Shown here: in pieces, positions 18,352 through 28,500 of the stretch | Numbering within the stretch: position 1 is the stretch's first letter | Layout: every line of letters begins with the position of its first letter | DNA from: Candidatus Heimdallarchaeota archaeon B3_Heim | Lineage (GTDB): Archaea; Asgardarchaeota; Heimdallarchaeia; Hodarchaeales; Hodarchaeaceae | Assembly: GCA_003144275.1 (NCBI GenBank) | Contig: NJBF01000038.1 | Span: 3,580-35,579 of the forward strand | DNA: 32,000 nt | Direction of reading: 5' to 3' | The notes under the pieces: generated by a model | Seen by the model: only the letters and a program-made list of their open reading frames with translations | Told to the model about the DNA's origin: nothing | The model's database searches: none | Program-made: the position numbers and the translations under genes

Positions 18352-18897
18352 TTAGAAGGCAGTTTTCTCGGAGCGAAGATAAATACCAATATCAATTATG
18401 TTCTTCAGTTGAATATAGTCTTGTTTGTGTAAAATTTTGGCGTATCCAATAGGAATTCCTTTTTTATTAAACACTAGTACCATTGAACCGTCCGAATATT
18501 TCTCTAGACCCTTTTTTGTATCATCTAATTTTAAATTTATATCTTTACTATAAATAAAGCGTTCTGCCTGTCTAGGAGAGAGGAAAATTGGATTCTGACA
18601 ATAATTGGCCAAGAAGCGCAGCGACTCGATTCCAATCTTAAATTTCCCCCTGATGAAGAATCCCAGCTTTATCTTCCCAGTCAAAATTTTGCAGTTCTTA
18701 CCTCTGTCACTTGTTATAGAACTACTCAGGTAGAGGCTATCTGAATTTTTTATTAAATAGATCTCATCTCTTCTATTTATGATCTTTATAAGAGAATGAG
18801 TATCGAGGATTTGGCTTAAATCATCCGATTTCAAAATTTCATTGATTACTGTGGACACAGCGACAATTTCCTCATCAGTAAGTTTTGTTATCTGCAT
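18352..18897 (-). CDS. nip7: NIP7-like PUA-domain ribosome biogenesis protein
   Basis: LGFFIRGKFKIGIE, AERFIYSKD, GIPIGYA and C-terminal NIIDIGIYLRSE; adjacent to a NOP2-family gene. Confidence 0.75.
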   Translation of the reverse strand: MQITKLTDEEIVAVSTVINEILKSDDLSQILDTHSLIKIINRRDEIYLIKNSDSLYLSSSITSDRGKNCKILTGKIKLGFFIRGKFKIGIESLRFLANYCQNPIFLSPRQAERFIYSKDINLKLDDTKKGLEKYSDGSMVLVFNKKGIPIGYAKILHKQDYIQLKNIIDIGIYLRSEKTAF

Positions 18898-19829
18898 TAT
18901 TCACGCACCTTCTTCATCAGAGCAATGAAAAATCCATCCATTCCCTGATCGGGGAATATTCTTCTAGTATTACTGATTTGGGAATCATAAACCTTAGTCC
19001 AGCGCGTTAAATTTCCTGGATTGCCAATATTAATATTAATGGGAAGGACTTGGACTTGTTTTTCATGTCTAGCAAGAAAATTGTTAATTTGAACTTCCCC
19101 TTCTTCAGGTTCAAGGCTACATGTTGAATAAACAATTGTTCCATCGATTTTCAGTTGTTTCCATGCTTCATCTAATATTTCTCGTTGAATTAAAGATTGT
19201 CGAGTGACATCATTAAGTATCCTGCGTTCTAAACGCTTATTTTTCTTCAATTTAAGTCCTGTTCCTGTACATGGTGCATCTAACATTATATGATCGACTT
19301 TAACGTTTAATCCAGGAAATGATCTCGCATCACAGTTCAAAATGAATGTGTTATAGATGCCCATCCTGGCAATATTGGACTTGAGGGCTGGAATACGTTT
19401 CTTTGCTTTCTCAATCGCGAAAAGTGTACCAGTGTTCTCCATTACCTCCGCTAGTAAACAGGTTTTTATTCCTGGGGAAGCAGCTAAATCCGCTACTACT
19501 GACTCAGAAGAAGGATTCAAACATTTTGGGGGTATTAATGATGTTAATGCTTGGATTGTAAACAAACCAGACAGATATTCAGAAGTTGCTACAATGTTAA
19601 ACGGTTCAAACTCGAGTATAAGACAGTTAAATGGGGTTTCGGGTGCAAATCTAAATCCTTGACTTTCTAAACTTTCTTGCAGTTGCCTTCTTGTAGTATA
19701 TAGTGCGTTTGGAGAAATGATACGAGGATCTGATTGCTCTAATTCTCTAAGAATCCTTTCTGTCACATTTTTTCCGTAGAAATTTATCCATCGGTTTTTA
19801 AACTCCCTTGATATTATTTGTTCTGCCAT
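18897..19829 (-). CDS. RsmB/NOP2-family RNA m5C methyltransferase
   Basis: DLAASPGIKT, LDAPCTGTG, VYSTCSLEPEEGE and DGFFIA motifs. Confidence 0.93.
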   Translation of the reverse strand: MAEQIISREFKNRWINFYGKNVTERILRELEQSDPRIISPNALYTTRRQLQESLESQGFRFAPETPFNCLILEFEPFNIVATSEYLSGLFTIQALTSLIPPKCLNPSSESVVADLAASPGIKTCLLAEVMENTGTLFAIEKAKKRIPALKSNIARMGIYNTFILNCDARSFPGLNVKVDHIMLDAPCTGTGLKLKKNKRLERRILNDVTRQSLIQREILDEAWKQLKIDGTIVYSTCSLEPEEGEVQINNFLARHEKQVQVLPININIGNPGNLTRWTKVYDSQISNTRRIFPDQGMDGFFIALMKKVRE

Positions 19830-19853
19830 TCAAGCCCTTTCCTGATTTTTTGT

Positions 19854-20411
19854 TCATTTGTTCAGTAGGAGTTCTAAATAGGATTTTCTTTCGTTTTTTC
19901 CATTCCATTTTGGGAATAAACCTCGAGTGAATTCAAGCAGTCTTTTTTTATCGTTATGTAAGGTCGAATGGGAATTGGAGGTTAAGATTTCTACTTCTAT
20001 GAATTTTCCAAGTCCTTCAACATCATCTAAAGAAAGTGTGATTGGTTGTTTCCACCAGTTCGTACGTCTTTTTGAGACTTCCATTACAATGGAAAATCCT
20101 AATTGTTCAAGAATTTTAATGGTCTCGAAATGGCTATCTATTCCAGAGGTGATCTCTTCTCGCACTTTCATTTCTGTACCCATTTTTGGGCCTTTATAAG
20201 TTAGCTCTATTCTTTCATTCTCTCCCTGTGAGAGAATTCGTCTTATACGGAGTGCTTCATCGGTGATATAAAAGTTATTGATGGGACTTTGAAAGTAGGT
20301 ATCGAATTGTTCAATTTCCTCTTTTGAGGGGCCTATAGTCTGAGTTATATAAGATTTTGGGTCTCCATCTACGAAAATATCAGCAATTTGGATTTTTAGT
20401 TCTGCTTCCAC
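19854..20411 (-). CDS. cyaB: CYTH-domain protein (class IV adenylate cyclase-like)
   Basis: N-terminal ExExK (EAELK), DTYF, ALRIR, LTYKGPK, REEI, KRR, LDDVEGLGKFIEVE, KSYLELL. Confidence 0.9.
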   Translation of the reverse strand: MEAELKIQIADIFVDGDPKSYITQTIGPSKEEIEQFDTYFQSPINNFYITDEALRIRRILSQGENERIELTYKGPKMGTEMKVREEITSGIDSHFETIKILEQLGFSIVMEVSKRRTNWWKQPITLSLDDVEGLGKFIEVEILTSNSHSTLHNDKKRLLEFTRGLFPKWNGKNERKSYLELLLNK

Positions 20412-20542
20412 ACAATCACATCTATGGAGGAGAATAAATTACCCGTATTAATGTATTAATACGTTCGGGTTAGCAGATTTTTTATAGTAGTGCACCCATA
20501 CTGAATTGGTACACCCCCTCTACTCAAAATAGGAATTAGATT

Positions 20543-21256
20543 ATGTCACCCGTCCTTCGTCGACCAAAAAAGAAACAAGCTAGAATTCCAATCACTGATT
20601 TACCATCCCCTCCCTCTCTAGAAGATGAACTATTTGCTGAATCACTACAATATCCTATTCTTTCTCCTCCACCGACATTACCTGAGGAAATATTAACTCG
20701 CCCTCCTTTTCTTGAAGAACAAGTCCACTCTCCTATCGAAACCATTTCGTCAATGTATATTGAGGATGATCTCACCTCAGATATTCTCAGAGAATTAGCG
20801 GAGAGTGGTTTCGGGTCATTTTTATCTAGTGTCCCAGCAAAAAAACCCGTTGTACTACATATTGAAGAATTAGCTATAAAGCAGTTCAGAGCTGCGATAG
20901 ATGCTTATCTTACTGCTGGTAAAAAACATTTAGAGCTTAATTTTAATGAAAATGCGAGCAGTCTTTATTCTTGTGCAGTGTTATGTGTATTTCTGAGTGA
21001 AGATGCTTTTCAGGCAGCTCATTTAATGAAAGAACTTGTGACAAAACTTCCTTCCGAACTAGTAAAAAGTCATATATTTCAAGGCGTAAAATTATTATTG
21101 AAAGTGACTCTGCTCAGGGATATTTCCTACTTGAAACGAGCTGAGAAATGGCTGTTTTATGATACAAATCATATGTACAAAGAAGATCAAGAACTCATCC
21201 ATAGAGCTATTCATGAGTCAAAATTGGTAATAGAAACTCAAATATTTGACGCTTAA
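20543..21256 (+). CDS. Hypothetical protein: Pro/acidic disordered N-terminus plus helical-repeat (possibly SNAP-like) C-terminus
   Basis: 237-aa ORF; Pro-rich first ~65 aa; helical C-terminal half with the pattern A..Y..AVLC...D...A. Confidence 0.55.
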   Translation: MSPVLRRPKKKQARIPITDLPSPPSLEDELFAESLQYPILSPPPTLPEEILTRPPFLEEQVHSPIETISSMYIEDDLTSDILRELAESGFGSFLSSVPAKKPVVLHIEELAIKQFRAAIDAYLTAGKKHLELNFNENASSLYSCAVLCVFLSEDAFQAAHLMKELVTKLPSELVKSHIFQGVKLLLKVTLLRDISYLKRAEKWLFYDTNHMYKEDQELIHRAIHESKLVIETQIFDA

Positions 21257-21844
21257 TCAAGTAGCTAGAATGGAGGATTCTCTTCCAAAAAGTGATTTTA
21301 TTTGATATAATTCCATGGGGGAATGTTTTCCTTCCTGAATTGCATCAGCTAACCAGTATATTCCTTTATGGATACCTTCACCAGTTACAGCACTAGTTTT
21401 GAAAATAGACAGTACTCTACTCATCTTCTTATTTATACCCATGAAATTTGCTAAATCCTCCTCTGTGCAATCCACCAAGTCTATTTTATTTGCGAAAATT
21501 GCCAATGGAATATTTTTCAAGTGAGTCATTTTCAACATTCTCCAGAGATAATTTCGACTCTCTGGAAATCGGGCTGGATCACTTAAATCGATTACATATA
21601 TGAGCCCCTTTGAGTTTTTGGTGTACATTTCCCATAAAGCCCGTCTAAACTGCAATTGGCCTCCTAAATCCCATGCAGAAAAAGTAACATCGCCTATCTG
21701 TATCGTTTCAGCGTTCATTCCAATAGTTGGGGTAGTATCAGGAATCCATCTTCCCGTTTTTAATCTCTGGAGCATTGTTGTTTTTCCAGCCCGATCTAGG
21801 CCTAATACACTAATCTTCGCATTTTTCTTCATCAAGTAAAACAC
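21257..21844 (-). CDS. Arf-family small GTPase
   Basis: GLDRAGKTT, PTIG, WDLGGQ, NKID and SAVTGEG motifs. Confidence 0.93.
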   Translation of the reverse strand: MFYLMKKNAKISVLGLDRAGKTTMLQRLKTGRWIPDTTPTIGMNAETIQIGDVTFSAWDLGGQLQFRRALWEMYTKNSKGLIYVIDLSDPARFPESRNYLWRMLKMTHLKNIPLAIFANKIDLVDCTEEDLANFMGINKKMSRVLSIFKTSAVTGEGIHKGIYWLADAIQEGKHSPMELYQIKSLFGRESSILAT

Positions 21845-22038
21845 ATCTCCTTATATTTTGCGATTCTGTGTGTCTATCATATAAAGAATCTAGTATGTCC
21901 TCTTATATAATTAACGATTCTAACTATTGGTAAATAATTTAATGAACTGAGTAATCATTTAGAAGGATACTTATGGGGAAGATTTGAACAATTTAAATAT
22001 TAATGAATTGATGATTATTACAATTGGGACCTGCAAAG

Positions 22039-23220
22039 ATGAAAAAAACGGGAATAGTTTGGTCTGACCAATTCACTAAATACAATTTAGGTGAGGGGCA
22101 TCCAATGAATGCGAGACGGTTGGATATTCCTTATCAATTATATAGAAATCTCGATTTTCATGATAGTCAATCTTTTGTTGAGTTTTCCCCTTCTGAAGCT
22201 TCAGAAGACGATCTCCTACGATACCATTCAAAAAACTATATTAAAATGGTCAAATCTCTCTCTAAGGCGGGTGATGGATATTATGGTAGATATGGTCTAG
22301 GAACAGGAGACTGCCCTGTGTTTCCTGAAATGCATGAATCGTCTAGCCTTATTGTAGGTGGAACATTAGAGGGAATCAAGCGTATCATGAATAATGATGT
22401 TGACCAAGCATTCTCATTAATGGCTGGTTTACATCATGCCTTTGAAGAACGAGCTGCAGGATTCTGTTATTATAATGATGCTATTATCGCAATCAATTAC
22501 CTTCAAGAGGAACACGGGATTGAGCGAGTTCTTTATATCGATACAGATGTCCATCATGGAGATGGAGTATTAAATGCCTTCTACTCAAATAGAAATATGC
22601 TAGGAATTTCTATTCATGAATCACCCCAATTTTTATTTCCAGGCACGGGGTTATCCGATGAAATTGGAAAGGGAGAAGGTTTAGGGTATACGATTAACGT
22701 ACCACTATTCCCAGGAACTTGGGATGAACTCTATATTGATCTCTTCGAAAAAATTGTTCCCTGTATTTGGAGGAAATATGATCCTGAGTTTATTATTTGG
22801 CAATGTGGTGCTGATGGCCATTTTGGTGATATACTAGGCCATTTAAATTTAACCACCAATTTATATAACTTTCTGGGAAAAAGAATTGCAGAATTAAGTG
22901 ATAATTTCTCTGCGAATGGACGATTACTGTTACTAGGAGGAGGTGGGTATAATCCTGACTCTGTTGCTCGTGTGTGGATGGCAACATTAGCTGGAATTAG
23001 TGGAATCTCTCTCCCTGAAGTATCTCCCCAAGGATGGATTGATTATTGCAAAAAAACCTATCAAATTGATGTGAGTTCAAAATTAAATGATACTAGACTA
23101 GACCCGCTAAAGATCGAACGTCATTCCTTGATTGAAGAAGCAAATTCTCAATACCTCCAAGTATTAAAGGAAGAATTGCTGGAAGTCGGGGTATGGAATC
23201 CCTGTGCTGAAAAAATTTGA
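22039..23220 (+). CDS. Zn-dependent deacetylase, AcuC/class I HDAC-like
   Basis: GHPM, GLHHA, GFCYYND, DTDVHHGDG, FPGTG, GADGH and GGGGY motifs. Confidence 0.93.
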   Translation: MKKTGIVWSDQFTKYNLGEGHPMNARRLDIPYQLYRNLDFHDSQSFVEFSPSEASEDDLLRYHSKNYIKMVKSLSKAGDGYYGRYGLGTGDCPVFPEMHESSSLIVGGTLEGIKRIMNNDVDQAFSLMAGLHHAFEERAAGFCYYNDAIIAINYLQEEHGIERVLYIDTDVHHGDGVLNAFYSNRNMLGISIHESPQFLFPGTGLSDEIGKGEGLGYTINVPLFPGTWDELYIDLFEKIVPCIWRKYDPEFIIWQCGADGHFGDILGHLNLTTNLYNFLGKRIAELSDNFSANGRLLLLGGGGYNPDSVARVWMATLAGISGISLPEVSPQGWIDYCKKTYQIDVSSKLNDTRLDPLKIERHSLIEEANSQYLQVLKEELLEVGVWNPCAEKI

Positions 23221-23322
23221 TTACTTAGGATTCTAAAACAATAAAAAACTCTTAAAATAGAAAACAGCTTTGAGTAAACCCAATTATGATTCGATTTTGA
23301 TTAAGCAAAGGAAATTAGTTAT

Positions 23323-24546
23323 ATGAATGATAAAAAATCAGTTGATATTATCCAAGAGGCCTTATTTTCATCATCCGTATTTAAAGAAGGAGGAGAAAGA
23401 ACTCTCAATCAATCTTATATCCCTGAGTACCTGAATTTCCGTGAAGATCATATTCGGAGAATTTCTCAGAATTTTCGTGAACTCTTTGCTTCAGAAAGAG
23501 GGGGATATTCAGGTTTTTCGATAAATCTGGCGATTACTGGATCTGCTGGAATTGGTAAGACAGTAACTAGCCGATATACAGTGGATAGGATACAATCCAC
23601 TGCAGAGAAATATCATCTCAAACTTTACACTGAATACAAGAATTGTTGGACTACTCGAACGAAAACGTCTATTCTTAGATCAATCCTACGTGATCAATTT
23701 GGTGTGGCAAGCCGAGGATTTAGTGATGAGGAATCGACGGATATTCTCATAAGACGCTTGAACTCCGAACAAGCTTATCTTTTGTTGATTCTTGACGAAG
23801 CTAGTGTCTTAAATCAAAAAGATATACGTGGTTTTGTTCACTTATCAGAAGAATTTGGCATGGAACACAGAATTTCACTGATCATGATCAGCCGTCCTAC
23901 TGAATGGAAAGTGGCTCTTTCATCGATGGTTTCCCAAAGGATTTCAGACGTAATTCACTTTCAACCTTATAACTATGAGGAAACCCGTAAAATTCTTGGG
24001 TATCGCTCAGAACTTGCATTCAAATCTTACGCACTATCAGAAGATATAGTCGATATGGTCGCGGAAATATCCGATCAAACAAAAAATTTACGGCACGGGA
24101 TTGAAACTCTTTATCGTGCAGGAAGAGCTGCCGATCAAATGAGGATAGATGAAATTACACCTGAACTTATTCGTAGAGCTAAAAACGATGTATATCCCGA
24201 AATGCGGGCCGATATTTTAGAAGAACTAAACCCACACGAATTGTTTGCCACTCTCAGTGTTGCTCGGAGACTACACCATAAGGGAATTACAGCAACAACG
24301 ATTGAACACTCATTTAAGAATTATCGAATCATTTGCGAAGAATGGAATGCTACACCTAATGGGGAAGCAGCATTCAGAAACTACTTATCTACCCTAGAAG
24401 CAATAGGTATTTTGGGTAAAGTTACTAAGGGTGTCAAAGGACGAAAAGGAGTACGAGCACGATTAACAATTCATGATGTTCCTGCTGCAATCCTCATTGA
24501 GAGAATAGAAGTTTTTCTCGCTAAACAATTGAAAAACGAGACATAA
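23323..24546 (+). CDS. cdc6: Orc1/Cdc6 replication initiator
   Basis: YIPEYLNFRE, Walker A GSAGIGKT, Walker B LILDE, FQPYN..E...IL..R, winged-helix C-terminus. Confidence 0.95.
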   Translation: MNDKKSVDIIQEALFSSSVFKEGGERTLNQSYIPEYLNFREDHIRRISQNFRELFASERGGYSGFSINLAITGSAGIGKTVTSRYTVDRIQSTAEKYHLKLYTEYKNCWTTRTKTSILRSILRDQFGVASRGFSDEESTDILIRRLNSEQAYLLLILDEASVLNQKDIRGFVHLSEEFGMEHRISLIMISRPTEWKVALSSMVSQRISDVIHFQPYNYEETRKILGYRSELAFKSYALSEDIVDMVAEISDQTKNLRHGIETLYRAGRAADQMRIDEITPELIRRAKNDVYPEMRADILEELNPHELFATLSVARRLHHKGITATTIEHSFKNYRIICEEWNATPNGEAAFRNYLSTLEAIGILGKVTKGVKGRKGVRARLTIHDVPAAILIERIEVFLAKQLKNET

Positions 24547-24945
24547 ATTCATCTAGTCTGATAAAGGAAAAATAGGGGGTATTTTCTACTTAAAATTGAT
24601 GCAAGGATTGTTACTTCCTTCATATCATCTTCTACTTTATTTTAACTTTCTAGAATGAATCTCACAACGCTTAAAGAGAAGTAATTGTACATATAAGAAG
24701 ATTGTAAGTTTAAACGCAGAATGGGGAAGTAATTTATTTGTAATACGGGAAGGAAGGTCTTTTAACTTAACGCTCAAATAATTCGTTTGTAAAGGGGTTT
24801 GTAAAACTGGTCGGATTTCCAACACAAATGAATCAACTTCCTGAACTGTGAAGAATAAGCATTTTTCGTGGAGGAAATTTCCATCAATCCAAGTATTTAC
24901 CTCCCAAGTTGTTGAGGAAAATCACCAAAATAATGATGAGTTTAG

Positions 24946-25542
24946 GTGGAGAATATTATCACTGATAAACCTGAGAAAATTCAATCCGAACAAATGGAAC
25001 TGGAGTTAGAATTAAAGAGAATACTGTTTGAGTTCACTGATAGTTCTATTTCAGTGAAATTTACTAGTTCTTTTTCTGGTTTTGAATTTGGAGGGATTAA
25101 TATCCCATCTACAACAGAAAACAGTAGAATAGATATTCCTTATTTTATTGCTGAAATTTTATTAAAAGAAAATCTAATTGAAGATTTTAGAAATGATTTT
25201 CCTTTGTCTTTACAAGAGCTAACTGCAGCAGTGCGAAAAGAAGTGCGCCATGGGGAAGTTCAACAGCTTCATCCATACTTCTATTCATTGTTCAGTGAGC
25301 AGGTTATAAAATCAGACATTAACGATTCACATTATGATGAAATAGAGTTAAAACGTCAAAAAGATCGTGTAAAACAATTAATAACCGAAAGACTATCAAA
25401 AATCATTAAATTAACCGATAGTAACGATTTTAATCCTCGGAGACTCAATTTAACTGCATCTGAGGTAATACTTATGACAAAAATACATTCTTGGGTTGTA
25501 AACTGGAAATCGTTAATTAATCAAGAGGAACGAGGAGTGTAG
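24946..25542 (+). CDS. gins23: GINS subunit, GINS23 type (B-A domain order)
   Basis: Beta-rich segment with IPYFIAEILL followed by a helical domain ending RLSKIIKL...NLTASE; directly upstream of mcm. Confidence 0.75.
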   Translation: MENIITDKPEKIQSEQMELELELKRILFEFTDSSISVKFTSSFSGFEFGGINIPSTTENSRIDIPYFIAEILLKENLIEDFRNDFPLSLQELTAAVRKEVRHGEVQQLHPYFYSLFSEQVIKSDINDSHYDEIELKRQKDRVKQLITERLSKIIKLTDSNDFNPRRLNLTASEVILMTKIHSWVVNWKSLINQEERGV

Positions 25543-25545
25543 ACA

Positions 25546-28500
25546 ATGAGTTTACCCTTTGATATTAGAGGACGATTTGAATCCTTCATCAATGAATTTG
25601 CCGATGAAGCAGGCATGCTGTGCTATCGTGAAAAAATACGCGATATGCCTCGAAAAGGACTAAGAAGCCTGCCTATTTCGTACAATGATTTGTTACATCA
25701 CGATCCCCGATTAGCGAGAGAGATAGTACTCAATCCTGAAGAGTGCTTTAACGAGGGAGAAAAAGTTCTACACGATATCTTAATGCAAATTGATCCCGAT
25801 TACTTCGATAAATATCGGCAAGCTCATATTCGAATAGAAAATTTCACTGACAAGGTCCTTCTCCGTACTTTAAAAACTGAACATTTAGGCCAGCTTACGA
25901 GTTTTGAGGGTATTGTTATAGGTGTAACAGAGACAAAACCATTATTAATTGAAGGGCATTTTAAATGTGCATCGTGTGGCCACCACCAAGTGGAGGGATT
26001 TCCAGAAGGAATTTACAGCCCCCCCTATCAATGCGGAGATGAGCATTGTCAGAGAAAAGGTTCCTTGGTACTTCTACTTGAAGATAGCCTGTTCATTGAC
26101 TGGCAAAAAATCACTATACAAGAAAAACCTGAAGAGTTACCACCTGGGCAATTACCCCAAAGCATAATGATTCATGTCCTCGATGATCTCGTAGATCAAG
26201 CTCGTCCAGGTGATCGTGTCCAAATCGTAGGAATTTTGAAAGCAAGAGCAACTCGATTGCTGAAAAGAGGCCAATTAGCTACTTATAATAAGTTTTTTCA
26301 AGGAGTTAATGTCGCAAAGGAAACTGCGGAATACGTAGATATCGAAATTACTGAAGAGGATTTTAAACAGATCACGGAATTGTCAAAATCCCCTTATATA
26401 ATCAAAAAAATACGGGATTCCCTGGCTCCCTCTATTTATGGACATGACCTAGTTAAGGAGGGCATAGCGGCATTACTATTCGGAGGGAGCGAAAAAATAA
26501 CACCTGACGGAATGAAAATCCGTGGAGAATCGAATATACTACTTATTGGTGATCCAGGAGTAGGTAAAAGTCAATTATTAAAATTTGTTTCGAAATTAGC
26601 ACCTAGAGCGCTATATACAACAGGAAAAGGAAGTACAGCTGCAGGCCTTTGTGTTTCGGCCGATAGTGAAGTTCTACTTTCACAAAATATTCTTCCAATT
26701 TCTTTATTAGTCGAAAACGAGATGAAGAATGGAGGAGTAATCCAGTATAAAGATGATATTGATTATAAGGAAGTTTCTAATTCATTTAATGTATTTCATT
26801 CTAAGAATCTCAAGTTAGAAACTCAACCGGCATCTAGAGTTTGGAGAATAAAAAGTCCAGAAAAATTATGGAAAATTAGGACTAAGACAGGAAAGGAATT
26901 GAAATTAACAGGGCCGACCTCTTTACTCTCTATCGATAATTTCAGAGGTCTAATATGGAAACCTGCAAACTCACTGAATGTAAAAGATAAAATAGCCAGT
27001 CCAAAATATTTTCCAAAGGTAATTTCTTTACAAGTGCCTAATGTTTATGATCTTTTGAAGGACTATCCAAAGGATTTCTATATTTATAATCTCTCAGAGA
27101 ATGTTGAAAGTATACTAAATCAAATTAAACTGAGATTCGGGATTTCGAATCGTGACATTTCTGATCAGCTCAATATTAATGAAGATACTCTATATCGTTG
27201 GAAGAGCAAACAACGAAAAGGAGGGATTCCTCTAAGGAAATTTGAAGAGCTATGTAAGATTTTGAATAAACCAGTGATAAATTTCCTTCCCAATAATATT
27301 ATTCTCCAAGTGAAGAGAGGACAAACAATCAATATACCATTGAAACTTTCTAAAGATTGGTTTTATATTATGGGTTTGATTATTGGTGACGGACGAATCA
27401 CTCTTGATCGTAGAATTGATGGATATGGGGGAGTTACAATAGGATTCTCTAATCAAGAAGAGGTGTTATTAAAAATATTTCAAAGTTTTTTTGAACAATT
27501 GGGCTTAAGTGTAAATAGAACTCCCAAATCTGAGACAAAACCTTCTGAATATCGAATATTCTCATCCATTATTTTTTATATTCTATCAAAATTCGGATTG
27601 TCGCCATCACCAAAATCCAATTCAATAAAATTGAATAATGAGCTTCTTTTCTTTCCGGAAAAATTTATTTTTTCTTTACTACGAGGATTATATGATTCAG
27701 ATGGATGGATATCAATTCGAGAACAAGGATCTTCTCAAATAGGTCTTTCATCAACGAGTCAAGCGTTAATACGATTTGTTCAACATGCTCTCCTTAAACT
27801 GGGAATAATAGGATATTTAAAGATAAGGAAACCTAAAAAGTCGTTTTTAGCAGATGGAAGGAGTATTGAATCTCGTTTCCCTAGATATGAACTTACGTTT
27901 AACGCATATTCCGATTTTCTAACTTTTAAAAAGCATATTGGCTTTAATCATCCTAAGAAAAGAGTTAAATTAGAAAAATTTTGTTTGAAAAAGAAAAAAT
28001 GGCACAGAAACGACGATAATCTACCTGGAACACGAAATATTCTTAGGGAAATTTTAACTTTTTATAATATTCATAGTAGAGAAATTTTCGGATATAAAGG
28101 AGCACTGGCACCCTCAAAAACGAACAGAGATTTCTCTCGTCCTTATTTAAAACAAATACTCCGTAATGCACAATTTAAATGGCTAAATCATCGTGTCGTT
28201 CTCCCTGATACAATACGAGATAACATATATTCCATATTATCTAACAATTTTACTTTTGATCAACTATCAAAGGCATTTAAAATTCCAAAAACTCGTTTAT
28301 ATGAATATTTTAAAAGAAAAAACCGAAAAATGAAAATTCCAGTGGGAGTTCTTATTTCTACGAAGAAATTGGTTGGTAAACAGCTGTCAATGGAAATTTC
28401 TACCTATATAGATGATTTGATAAACACAGTACAGCTTAAAAATGAGGATTATCAAACGAAAATAGAGTTCTTGAATCAACTCTGCGACTCAGATTTATAC

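Noticed and set aside
24637-24825. 62-aa minus-strand ORF in the cdc6-gins gap
   Set aside because: No RBS and no recognisable motif; likely spurious.
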